A stretch of DNA of 23,928 bases from a virus. Taxonomy: Duplodnaviria; Heunggongvirae; Uroviricota; Caudoviricetes. Positions 15,785 to 23,928 of the stretch are shown here, piece by piece. Made by a program: the position numbers and the translations under genes. The notes under the pieces were generated by a model that was given only the letters and a program-made list of their open reading frames with translations, was not told the origin of the DNA and ran no database searches. The stretch covers positions 1-23,928 of IMG/VR virus record IMGVR_UViG_2913123054_000001; one strand, given 5' to 3'. Every line of letters starts with the position of its first letter. Within the stretch, counting starts at the first letter, position 1.

Positions 15785-17753
15785 AGATTTCCTCGTCTCG
15801 CTTGGCTTCAGTGTGGATGATGCAGGAGCGAAAAAATTCGGTTCTGTCCTCGCCGGTACAACTGCAAATGTCATCAAAATGGGGCTGGCCGTCGAAGGAA
15901 CTGCTCTGTCCGTGGTGGCCTTCACGGCTAAGATCGCCTCCGGTCTGGATAATCTTTACTGGGCGTCACAGCGCACCGGCGCGACAGTCCAGGGAATTCA
16001 GTCTATTGGCTATGCGGTTTCGCAGGTTGGCGGCAGCGTGGACGCTGCGCGATCTTCTCTGGAAAACCTCTCCCGGTTTATTCGTAATAATCCCGGGGCG
16101 GAGGGATTTCTGAATCGTCTGGGGGTACAGACACGGGATGCCAGCGGTAACATGCGTGACATGGCCGCTATTTTTACAGGGGTAGGCCAGAAGCTCAGCG
16201 ACATGCCGTATTACCGTGCTAACCAGTATGCGCAGATGCTGGGCATTGACGAAAATACCCTGATGGCTGTGCGTCGCGGTGTGGGTGGCTTCTCCGGGCA
16301 GTACAGCGCAATGGCGAAAGCTATCGGCTTCAATGCTGACGAGGCGGCCAGAAGCTCCAACAAATTTATGACCTCCCTGCGTGAGTTTGGCGCGATGGCA
16401 GGCATGGCCCGTGACAAAATCGGCTCTAATCTTGCGGGTGGGCTTGCGGGTTCGCTGGACACTCTGCGCCGCCATATCCTGGACAACTTCCCGCGTATCG
16501 AGCAGACCCTGACGAAAGCTATAAAAGGCATTCTGGCGCTCGGGGATATTATCGGGCGGTTGTTCTTCAGACTGATTGAGGGGACATCAGGCCTCATCAC
16601 CTGGTGGCAATCGCTGGATAAGCAAACGCGGGAGTTGATCTCGCTGTTTGGCGCACTGACGATTGCGCTGCGCATTCTGAACAGTACGTTCTGGATGTCG
16701 CCGATTGGCCTCATTACCGCGCTGGCGGCGGGGATTGCCCTCCTGTGGGAGGACTATCAGACCTGGAAGGAAGGCGGCGACAGCCTGATTGACTGGGGCA
16801 AGTGGAAACCGGAGGTTGATGCCGCGCTGAAGATGGTTCGTGACCTTAAAACGACCGTTAACGACCTGGTGAAAGCGCTGGCGAAACTGCTCAATATTGA
16901 CCCCAAATCATGGTCCCTGAAGTGGGATTTCAGCAACTTCATCGACCAGATGGGCGAATTCAGCAAAATGCTGAACATGATCGCCGACCTGCTCAACGCT
17001 ATCAAAGATGGCCGCTGGGCTGATGCCGTCAGCATCGGCAAACAGATACTTAATCAGGGCAGCGAAAATCCGTCAGCGATGCCGATGGTTACAGACAGCG
17101 CTAACAGTACTGCCGACTGGATTAAAGAGCACTGGGGATTTGATCCCCGCAGTGTGGGCCGGACGGTACGCGGCTGGTTTGGTGATGATGAGCCGGAACA
17201 ACATGCACAGGCTACGAAACGAGGAGAACGGAATAACAATCCGGGAAATCTTAATTTTGCTGGTCAGGCTGGGGCTTCTCTTGAACGCCCGGGCGGGCGA
17301 TTTGCCAGATTTGAAACTGCTTTTGATGGATTACGGGCTCTTGCTCGTCAGTTAATGCTGTACGCCGGACGGGGAATAAACAGTGTGGAGAAAATTATCT
17401 CTACCTGGGCACCTGCGTCTGATAATAACAACACAACCGCGTATATCAGGGCTGTATCGCAACGACTGGGAGTGGATCCCCGGGCTGCCCTGAATATGAG
17501 CGATCCGCAAACCATGTCAGCATTGATGAGCAGCATTATCCAGCATGAGAATGGAAGAAATATCTATTCTCGAGAGCTGATTAATAAGGCTGCCGTGGCG
17601 GGAATTAGTGGCAAAGTGACAGAGGTTAACCAGCAAAATACCTACCACATTTACGGTGGCGGAGATCCGCACGCTGTCGGTAATGAGGTTGCACGTCGGC
17701 AACAGTCTGCAAATGCTCAGGTCATGCGAAGTAATCAGGTGAGGGTGAGTTAG
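15765..17753 (+). CDS. Tail tape measure protein (662 aa) with a distinct C-terminal domain
   Basis: Long Ala/Gly/Leu-rich helical ORF after the chaperone pair, RBS GGAGAGAGG; C-terminal about 150 aa (NNNPGNLNF...FETAFDGLRALARQLMLYAGRG...) looks like a separate globular domain. Confidence 0.8.
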   Translation: MNAETIKDFLVSLGFSVDDAGAKKFGSVLAGTTANVIKMGLAVEGTALSVVAFTAKIASGLDNLYWASQRTGATVQGIQSIGYAVSQVGGSVDAARSSLENLSRFIRNNPGAEGFLNRLGVQTRDASGNMRDMAAIFTGVGQKLSDMPYYRANQYAQMLGIDENTLMAVRRGVGGFSGQYSAMAKAIGFNADEAARSSNKFMTSLREFGAMAGMARDKIGSNLAGGLAGSLDTLRRHILDNFPRIEQTLTKAIKGILALGDIIGRLFFRLIEGTSGLITWWQSLDKQTRELISLFGALTIALRILNSTFWMSPIGLITALAAGIALLWEDYQTWKEGGDSLIDWGKWKPEVDAALKMVRDLKTTVNDLVKALAKLLNIDPKSWSLKWDFSNFIDQMGEFSKMLNMIADLLNAIKDGRWADAVSIGKQILNQGSENPSAMPMVTDSANSTADWIKEHWGFDPRSVGRTVRGWFGDDEPEQHAQATKRGERNNNPGNLNFAGQAGASLERPGGRFARFETAFDGLRALARQLMLYAGRGINSVEKIISTWAPASDNNNTTAYIRAVSQRLGVDPRAALNMSDPQTMSALMSSIIQHENGRNIYSRELINKAAVAGISGKVTEVNQQNTYHIYGGGDPHAVGNEVARRQQSANAQVMRSNQVRVS

Positions 17754-18340
17754 TGGATATTCTCTCTACACTTTTTCATCAGCAGAGCAGAAAAATAGGA
17801 ATGATTGTTCCCAGTGTTGTTATTTCAGAGAAGCATACAGATATGCTTGAAATAACCGAGCATCCGGTAGAAGTCGGGGCCGCTGTCGCTGATCATGCCT
17901 ATAAAAAACCGTCAGAAGTGGTGATGGAGGTTGGTTTCGCCGGTGGCGGCGCATTGCTGGATTTTGCCAGTAATCTGACGGCTACCAGCCTGCTCGGCCT
18001 GAGTCCTCAGCAGACGTATCAGGAGCTACTGGATCTGCAGGAAAGCCGTATCCCCTTCGATGTGGTAACCGGTAAACGGCTGTACAGCAACATGTTGATC
18101 CGGGCGCTGGAAGTGACGACGGACAAGACAACCGAAAACGTCCTGTCCGCCGTCCTCACCCTGAGGGAGGTCATTATCTCCCGGACACAGCAGATTACCG
18201 TCGCGGATAAAACCAACATGAAGGAAGGGGCCAGCACGTCGGCGGTACAGAACAGCGGCAACAAAACCACAAAGCCTCCAGATACTTCACTGCTGAAAAG
18301 CATCACGGGTAACGTGGCGTCATTACTGGGGGGCGGCTAA
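17753..18340 (+). CDS. Baseplate/tail protein (195 aa; possibly DNA-circularisation-like or tail-tip protein)
   Basis: ORF translationally coupled to the tape measure (stop/start overlap); position only. Confidence 0.5.
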   Translation: MDILSTLFHQQSRKIGMIVPSVVISEKHTDMLEITEHPVEVGAAVADHAYKKPSEVVMEVGFAGGGALLDFASNLTATSLLGLSPQQTYQELLDLQESRIPFDVVTGKRLYSNMLIRALEVTTDKTTENVLSAVLTLREVIISRTQQITVADKTNMKEGASTSAVQNSGNKTTKPPDTSLLKSITGNVASLLGGG

Positions 18341-18642
18341 TGACAATTCAGGAAATTCCGCTGACAGCGGACAACCAGCAGTTCAGCATCGTCCTGGGTG
18401 GTGTCACCTGGCGGATTAGCATCATATGGCGCGATCTGTACTGGATTATGGACCTGCAGAACGACAGAGGGGAGCCGGTAATCTCCGGTATTCCTCTTGT
18501 CACTGGTGCTGACCTGCTGGCGCAGTACGCCTGTATGGGGCTTGGTTTTAAGCTGGTGGTGGTCTGTGATGACAACACACAGGATTACCCCACAAAAACT
18601 GACCTGGGCGGTCGCAGCCATTTACTGGTATCAACGGAGTAA
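18340..18642 (+). CDS. Small baseplate/tail protein (100 aa)
   Basis: ORF overlapping the upstream stop (TAATG); position between tape measure and hub. Confidence 0.5.
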   Translation: MTIQEIPLTADNQQFSIVLGGVTWRISIIWRDLYWIMDLQNDRGEPVISGIPLVTGADLLAQYACMGLGFKLVVVCDDNTQDYPTKTDLGGRSHLLVSTE

Positions 18643-18644
18643 GC

Positions 18645-19709
18645 ATGTCACAGAACTGGATGAGACATTTCGAGCTGCAGCTTGTGGACGGGAACGGTCA
18701 GGGAATTGAGCTAAGTGATTTCAAAGTCACCTTTACGATCGACTGGTTCAACATCAGCAGCGCGTCCCGGGTAGGGACTATCAAAATTTATAACCTCTCG
18801 GCAGATACTGTGAACCGAATCACCGGGCAGGAGTTTTCGAAAGTGCGTCTGATTGCGGGTTACGACGGTATCGCGCCGGAGGTGTCGGCAAGCGACGTCG
18901 GGACAGTGCGGGAAGTTGACGCGGCGGACGTGGGCCAGAGTGATGGCCGCAACTACGGACTGATTTTCAGCGGTGAAATTCGCTACTCGGTCACAGGAAA
19001 AGACAGTCCGGTTGATTCCTACGTCCTGATTCAGGCAGCAGATACTGATCTGGCTTTTGCCACCAGTATAACCTCACAGACGCTGGCTGCCGGTTACACG
19101 GTCGCTGATGTGAACCGTGCGCTGATGAAAGACTTCGAAGCCAAAGGTGCGACCGAAGGCCTGACGCCTGAAATGCCTGCTACTGTATTCCCCCGGGGGC
19201 GGGTGCTCTTTGGCATGACGCGGCATCTAATGGATAACGTAGCCGGGCAATGTGGCGCAACATGGCAATTCGTGGATGGTCAACGCCAGATGGTGGCGAA
19301 TAACGAATATGTTCACGAAGCGATTGTGCTCAACAGCGCTACCGGGCTTATTGGAATGCCGCAGCAGACTATCGGTAACGGCGTAAACGTCCGCGCGCTT
19401 ATTAATCCGAACATCCGGGTTAACGGACTCATTCAGCTGGATCAGGCTTCCGTGTATCGTACCGCCTTGTCGAACAACGATATTGCGATGGCTGGTGGTC
19501 AGATCACCGACCAGAACACGGATGGAAATATCACGCTAAGCGGCACCACATCGCAGCCTGCCAGCATCGCAACGGATGGCGTTTATATTGTGCGCGGGAT
19601 TATGTACACTGGCGACACAAGGGGCCAGGCGTGGTACATGGATATGATGTGCTTTGCTCGAGGTGCTAGTGATATTCCTAGCCAGTCAGCGATGAATCGA
19701 GGTGCATAA
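18645..19709 (+). CDS. Baseplate hub protein (P2 gpD / Mu gp44-like)
   Basis: 354-aa ORF in the hub position, upstream of the spike, wedge and J-like genes; size matches gpD-like hub proteins. Confidence 0.6.
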   Translation: MSQNWMRHFELQLVDGNGQGIELSDFKVTFTIDWFNISSASRVGTIKIYNLSADTVNRITGQEFSKVRLIAGYDGIAPEVSASDVGTVREVDAADVGQSDGRNYGLIFSGEIRYSVTGKDSPVDSYVLIQAADTDLAFATSITSQTLAAGYTVADVNRALMKDFEAKGATEGLTPEMPATVFPRGRVLFGMTRHLMDNVAGQCGATWQFVDGQRQMVANNEYVHEAIVLNSATGLIGMPQQTIGNGVNVRALINPNIRVNGLIQLDQASVYRTALSNNDIAMAGGQITDQNTDGNITLSGTTSQPASIATDGVYIVRGIMYTGDTRGQAWYMDMMCFARGASDIPSQSAMNRGA

Positions 19710-19711
19710 TA

Positions 19712-20437
19712 GTGAGCAGGCTTGCGATAACCACAATCGTATTTTCTCTTTTTTTAACTTCATGTAGTTGGGATCCTAATGGTGCTAAAGCGCAGGAAAA
19801 ATGGCTATCCCAAAAAAATGAAGAAAAACAAGCGTACGATAAGCAAGTTGAGGAGAGCCAGAAAAGCAGGCTTCAAATACAGCGCGAAGAAAAGTCTCAA
19901 TTTGAAGTTTCACATCCAGAGGTTATCGTTGCTGGTGTTGGGAACGAGCTTACAAGTAAGGGTGCAGAATCTTTGCGAGATGCGTACAACAGCATTCCAT
20001 TCGTAACTCGTTATCCGGGAACCACGGACCCTAACAAAGTTTATACCTATGTCGGTGACTACAAATTAAATTTGCAACTGGTTAACACATCTGTGCTTTC
20101 TCAGATCTCAGATTGCAAACGCATTTCAGCGTATGCCGATGTTGATATTAATCGTACTTGCTTCAATCAAATTGGAAATGATTTGAGTTTGTTTGCATCT
20201 GTAATTAAAGACAAAAATATTACCGGAATTGCAAAAAAAGCAGCTCTACGAGACTCAACTTACGGAACCAAAATTGATTTTGGTCATGCTGCGCGTTTAG
20301 CAAAAATGCATGCCACTTTATGCCAAAAGCAGGGCGGTAAAGGATTTGTCAAAATGTCGACTGTAGCTGTGCCTTGCGGCTCTTCAGGCGATGTAATTAA
20401 CTATCGAAGCGCCGGTAAGATGGGGCTTATAAACTGA
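19712..20437 (+). CDS. AT-rich moron: predicted lipoprotein (241 aa; lipobox LTSC; Lys/Glu/Gln-rich linker followed by a Cys-containing globular domain), function unknown
   Basis: GTG start with GAGGTG RBS at 19696-19701; N-terminus MSRLAITTIVFSLFLTSC is a type II signal peptide with Ser at +2. The first 60 nt are about 38% G+C and the whole gene looks markedly AT-rich against its neighbours; followed by its own strong terminator. Confidence 0.7.
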   Translation: MSRLAITTIVFSLFLTSCSWDPNGAKAQEKWLSQKNEEKQAYDKQVEESQKSRLQIQREEKSQFEVSHPEVIVAGVGNELTSKGAESLRDAYNSIPFVTRYPGTTDPNKVYTYVGDYKLNLQLVNTSVLSQISDCKRISAYADVDINRTCFNQIGNDLSLFASVIKDKNITGIAKKAALRDSTYGTKIDFGHAARLAKMHATLCQKQGGKGFVKMSTVAVPCGSSGDVINYRSAGKMGLIN

Positions 20438-20461
20438 AAAGATCAAATTAGTCACATAAAA

Positions 20462-20483
20462 CCCGCCGGATGGCGGGTTTTTT
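20462..20483 (+). terminator. Rho-independent terminator following the lipoprotein moron
   Basis: CCCGCC(20462-20467)/GGCGGG(20472-20477) stem with GGAU loop and T6 tract at 20478-20483; A-tract upstream suggests possible bidirectional function. Confidence 0.75.
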
Positions 20484-20502
20484 GCTTTCTGGAGCCTACT
20501 AA

Positions 20503-21255
20503 ATGGCAGTATCTGACCAGACTCGCAGCGGCGACCTTGCCGAAACATTCAAATCTGAACGGGAAACAACAAAGAACCAGATCCGTGTCGCCTTGCCTGG
20601 CATTATTCAGTCATTCGATCCTGATGCGGTGACGGCAGTTGTGCAGCCTGCTATCCGTTCGGTTGAAAAGGATAATGACGGCAACCGCATTACCAAAAAT
20701 TACCCATTGCTGGTGGATGTGCCAGTGGTATTCCCGCGTGGCGGAGGATGTACGCTAACGTTTCCGATTAAATCCGGTGATGAGTGTTTGGTGATTTTTG
20801 CCGATCGTTGTATTGATTTCTGGTGGCAGAGTGGCGGGATACAGGAGCCGGTTGATGACAGAATGCATGATTTATCGGATGCGTTTTGTATTGTAGGTCC
20901 CCAGTCGCAGGCGAGGAAGATTAGCGGTATTAATACCAGTGCCACACAGTTGCGTAGTGACGACGGCAGCACCTATTTTGAGCTTAATCCTGATACCAGG
21001 AAAATTAAAATTGTCGCTCCGGGTGGTCTTGATGTGGTTGCCCCTCTGGCTGATTTTTCTGAGAAAGTAACCATTCATGGCCTGTTAACCTGGATGGGTG
21101 GCATGGTGGGGTCTGTTGTTTCTGGTGTGGCTTCAAAAATCACTGGTGCTGTTGAGTTTTTGGGTAGCGTGAAGGCTAACGGCAAGCCAATCGATGATAC
21201 GCACACTCATGGCGGTGTTCAGCGCGGTGGAAGCAATACCGACGGAGTAAACTGA
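20503..21255 (+). CDS. Baseplate central spike protein (P2 gpV / Mu gp45-like)
   Basis: 250-aa ORF with Gly-rich C-terminal region (HTHGGVQRGGSNTDG) typical of gpV-like spike apex domains; precedes the wedge and J-like genes. Confidence 0.65.
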   Translation: MAVSDQTRSGDLAETFKSERETTKNQIRVALPGIIQSFDPDAVTAVVQPAIRSVEKDNDGNRITKNYPLLVDVPVVFPRGGGCTLTFPIKSGDECLVIFADRCIDFWWQSGGIQEPVDDRMHDLSDAFCIVGPQSQARKISGINTSATQLRSDDGSTYFELNPDTRKIKIVAPGGLDVVAPLADFSEKVTIHGLLTWMGGMVGSVVSGVASKITGAVEFLGSVKANGKPIDDTHTHGGVQRGGSNTDGVN

Positions 21256-21608
21256 TGCGATACAGACGTGAAGACGCCGATGGCGATTACACCTTTGGCA
21301 GCGGTGATGACACCTGGCTGATTAACTCACCGGAGGCCGTGGCGCAGGCGGTAAAAACGCGATTCGAATTGTGGTATGGGCAATGGTTTCTTGATACCAC
21401 AGAGGGAACACCGTGGATCCAGTCCGTGCTGGGCAGGCAAAAACCGGAAACTTACAACCTGGCGATCAGAAAACGCATCCTCGAAACGCGGGGCGTTAAA
21501 TCAATCCTCTCTTTCAATACGACGGTGGATACCACGACCCGACGTGTCATGTTTTCCGCTGAAATCGACACTCTTTATGGAATAACGACTGTTACATCGG
21601 AGGCGTAA
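21255..21608 (+). CDS. Baseplate wedge protein (gp25/W-like or Mu gp46-like)
   Basis: 117-aa ORF translationally coupled on both sides (TGATG upstream, TAATG downstream); position and size. Confidence 0.55.
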   Translation: MRYRREDADGDYTFGSGDDTWLINSPEAVAQAVKTRFELWYGQWFLDTTEGTPWIQSVLGRQKPETYNLAIRKRILETRGVKSILSFNTTVDTTTRRVMFSAEIDTLYGITTVTSEA

Positions 21609-22807
21609 TGGCTCTGAACCTTGATTCTCTCGGTTTATCTGCAAAGGTAACCGCGGAGGGGATCAGTGCGCCTGATTATCAGACGATACTCAGCACCCTG
21701 ATTAGCTATTTTCAGCAGATTTATGGTAGTGATGCCTACCTCGAACCGGACAGCAAAGACGGCCAGATGGTGGCTCTGATGGCGCTGGCGATTCATGATG
21801 CCAATAATACTGCGATAACTGTCTACAACTGTTTTTCACCGGCAACTGGCTATGGTGCTGCACTGACCAGTAACGTGAAAATAAATGGTATTTCACGTAA
21901 AGGCGCGACGAACTCTACGGTTGATTTGCTTCTTACAGGAACTGCCGGAACAACCATCATTAATGGCAGCGTGAAAGATGGTAATAATGTGATATGGCGT
22001 TTGCCTGCTTCAGTGGTGGTCGGCGTGGATGGTACAGTGATGGTGACCGCAACATGTTCCGTCAGTGGTGCAGTGGCGGCGCTGGCTGGAACTATCACTG
22101 AAATTAATACGCCAACCCGTGGCTGGGTTTCGGTAACCAATCCTGCTGCGGCTACTGTAGGCACTCCAGCAGAAACTGACGCTGAGTTACGTATTCGCCA
22201 GTCGCAAAGTGTTGCGTTGCCATCAATAACCCCATTTGAAGCACTGGATGGCGCTGTTTCTAATGTTGCCGGTGTAACCCGCCACAAACTCTATGAAAAC
22301 GATACTGGTTCGGAGGACGGTAACGGGTTACCGCCACACTCTGTTGCTGTAATTGTGGATGGCGGTAATGTGACGGATATTGCTCAGGCTATCAGAGGGA
22401 ATAAAGGCCAGGGGACAGCCACTCACGGTACAACATCCGTTACGGTTCCGGATAAATACGGCAATCCCCATGTAATCAAATTCTCGCGTTCCAGTGATGT
22501 GCCTGTTTATGCCCGGATTAAATTAAAAGTTTTTACAGGTTATACATCACAGATAGGGCAGCAGATCCAGCAGGCTATTTCCGACTATATCAATAGTCTG
22601 ACGATCGGTGATTCGGTCCTTTTAAGTCGCATTTACTCACCGGCGAATCTTGGCGTGGTGAGTGGCGGGAATGCACGCTATTACGATATTCAGGAACTGA
22701 CGATTGGGAAATCCCCGGGGGCTTTGTCGTCATCAAACATTGATATCAGATACAACGAATCTGCGTCCTGTACCCCGGAGAATATCGTTATAACGGTGGA
22801 GTCATGA
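21608..22807 (+). CDS. Baseplate J-like protein (P2 gpJ / Mu gp47-like)
   Basis: 399-aa ORF in the canonical baseplate J position; coupled to flanking genes. Confidence 0.7.
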   Translation: MALNLDSLGLSAKVTAEGISAPDYQTILSTLISYFQQIYGSDAYLEPDSKDGQMVALMALAIHDANNTAITVYNCFSPATGYGAALTSNVKINGISRKGATNSTVDLLLTGTAGTTIINGSVKDGNNVIWRLPASVVVGVDGTVMVTATCSVSGAVAALAGTITEINTPTRGWVSVTNPAAATVGTPAETDAELRIRQSQSVALPSITPFEALDGAVSNVAGVTRHKLYENDTGSEDGNGLPPHSVAVIVDGGNVTDIAQAIRGNKGQGTATHGTTSVTVPDKYGNPHVIKFSRSSDVPVYARIKLKVFTGYTSQIGQQIQQAISDYINSLTIGDSVLLSRIYSPANLGVVSGGNARYYDIQELTIGKSPGALSSSNIDIRYNESASCTPENIVITVES

Positions 22808-23484
22808 GCAAATACACCGAACTAATCACGAACTACCACGCCACCAAACCTAAATTTCTTGCGCATGTTGATCTGATGACCCGGCCGCTTATTGATGTTG
22901 CGGCTGCGACCAGAGGGCTGATTACTGCATTTGATATTGACTCTGCGGTTGGTGTGCAACTTGACATTCTGGGATTGTGGATCGGACGTAGCCGTGTTGT
23001 CAGCCAGCCTATCTCAGGTGTCTATTTCAGCTGGGATACCGACGGGCTTGGATATGATCAGGGGGTATGGCAGGGGCCATATGATCCTGATTCCGGATAC
23101 ATGTATCTCAGCGATGAAACTTATCGTGTCATTCTTAAAGCGAAGATTGCGATTAATAACTGGGACGGACGGAATGATTCGCTTCCGGCAATTCTTGACG
23201 CGGCAACAGCAGGATCCGGGCTGCGCATGCAGATAGTCGATAACCAGGACATGACGATATCGGTCTGGGTCTTTCCTGATACGGATATTTCAGATGTATC
23301 GCGTGAGTTAATTGCGGCAATTAAACAGGGGTATCTCACAGTAAAAGCCGCCGGGGTATGGGCGGGTGGCATTGAAACACCTTCGGTGGAAACCCCATCG
23401 GAAGGCTCAAATTTTTTTGGTTTTGATATGGATAACGAATTCATCAGTGGTTTTGATGTAGGAGCATGGGGAGTATTACTCTGA
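22804..23484 (+). CDS. Baseplate protein (DUF2612-like, Mu gp48 / P2 gpI-like)
   Basis: 226-aa ORF between the J-like and tail fibre genes; ATGA overlap with the upstream gene. Confidence 0.6.
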   Translation: MSKYTELITNYHATKPKFLAHVDLMTRPLIDVAAATRGLITAFDIDSAVGVQLDILGLWIGRSRVVSQPISGVYFSWDTDGLGYDQGVWQGPYDPDSGYMYLSDETYRVILKAKIAINNWDGRNDSLPAILDAATAGSGLRMQIVDNQDMTISVWVFPDTDISDVSRELIAAIKQGYLTVKAAGVWAGGIETPSVETPSEGSNFFGFDMDNEFISGFDVGAWGVLL

Positions 23485-23928
23485 TGGCGAAAAATGATTT
23501 TAAAGCGTTTGCAACGGATCGAAATGCCAATGTTATATCGCAGGAGGAATGGGAAGCGTTGCCCACGCTTTTATCCGGATTTACAGCAGGGAAAGCATCC
23601 AGTGCGCAAGTCAATAAGGTTATTCGGCAGGCCAGCTTTATAGCAGCAGCACTTGCACAGTACACAGCAAACAAAAGCGGACTGGATGTATTGGATGATG
23701 GCGACCTGAATGGGTTCATTACCAAAATGTCTTCTGCGTTCGGTAAGGATTATCAGGCGCTTGATGCCACGTTGACGGCTCTGGCAGGACTGGCGACTGG
23801 GGCAAATAAGCTACCGTATTTCACTGGCACAGATAAGGCCGCGCAGACCGACCTCACTAAGGTAGGCCGTGATATTATCGGCAAAAATACTATTGCTGAC
23901 ATTCTCGCATACCTTGGTTTGGGAGAAG
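23484..23928 (+). CDS. Tail fibre protein, N-terminal part (continues beyond the window)
   Basis: ATG 23484 overlapping the upstream stop; open to the window end (at least 148 codons); the N-terminus resembles the conserved baseplate-attachment region of P2 H-like / Mu S-like fibres. Confidence 0.65.
   Translation, partial: MAKNDFKAFATDRNANVISQEEWEALPTLLSGFTAGKASSAQVNKVIRQASFIAAALAQYTANKSGLDVLDDGDLNGFITKMSSAFGKDYQALDATLTALAGLATGANKLPYFTGTDKAAQTDLTKVGRDIIGKNTIADILAYLGLGE

Noticed and set aside
15802-16113. 103-aa + strand ORF and several minus-strand ORFs (15966..16475, 16211..16714) inside the tape measure gene
   Set aside because: Fully embedded in the 662-aa tape measure reading frame; no independent RBS; typical spurious alternative-frame ORFs.
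1-23928. Checked for tRNA/attachment site, integrase, CRISPR repeats and IS elements
   Set aside because: No cloverleaf-compatible tRNA-like sequence, no regularly spaced direct repeats, no inverted terminal repeats flanking a transposase-like ORF; every large ORF is accounted for by the phage late operon.

Overview
The window reads as one co-directional (+ strand) late region of a temperate enterobacterial phage or prophage, with a lambdoid regulatory/lysis front end joined to a contractile-tail (myovirus) morphogenesis module. In order: the end of a nin-like region (DUF1367-like and DUF1364/YbcO-like proteins), a putative Q-type late antiterminator, a hairpin-rich pR'/tR'-like leader, a lysis cassette (two holin-like membrane proteins and a GH108-type endolysin), four very small unassigned ORFs, terminase small and large subunits, portal, Mu F-like head protein, putative scaffold, major capsid, neck proteins, tail sheath, tail tube, a tail assembly chaperone with a likely -1 frameshift site, tape measure, baseplate genes and the start of a tail fibre gene. 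No tRNA, rRNA, CRISPR array, integrase or transposase was seen. The strongest candidate for something new is an AT-rich lipoprotein gene with its own terminator inserted between the baseplate hub and spike genes (19712-20483). All functional calls come from reading motifs and gene order by eye; no database search was run.
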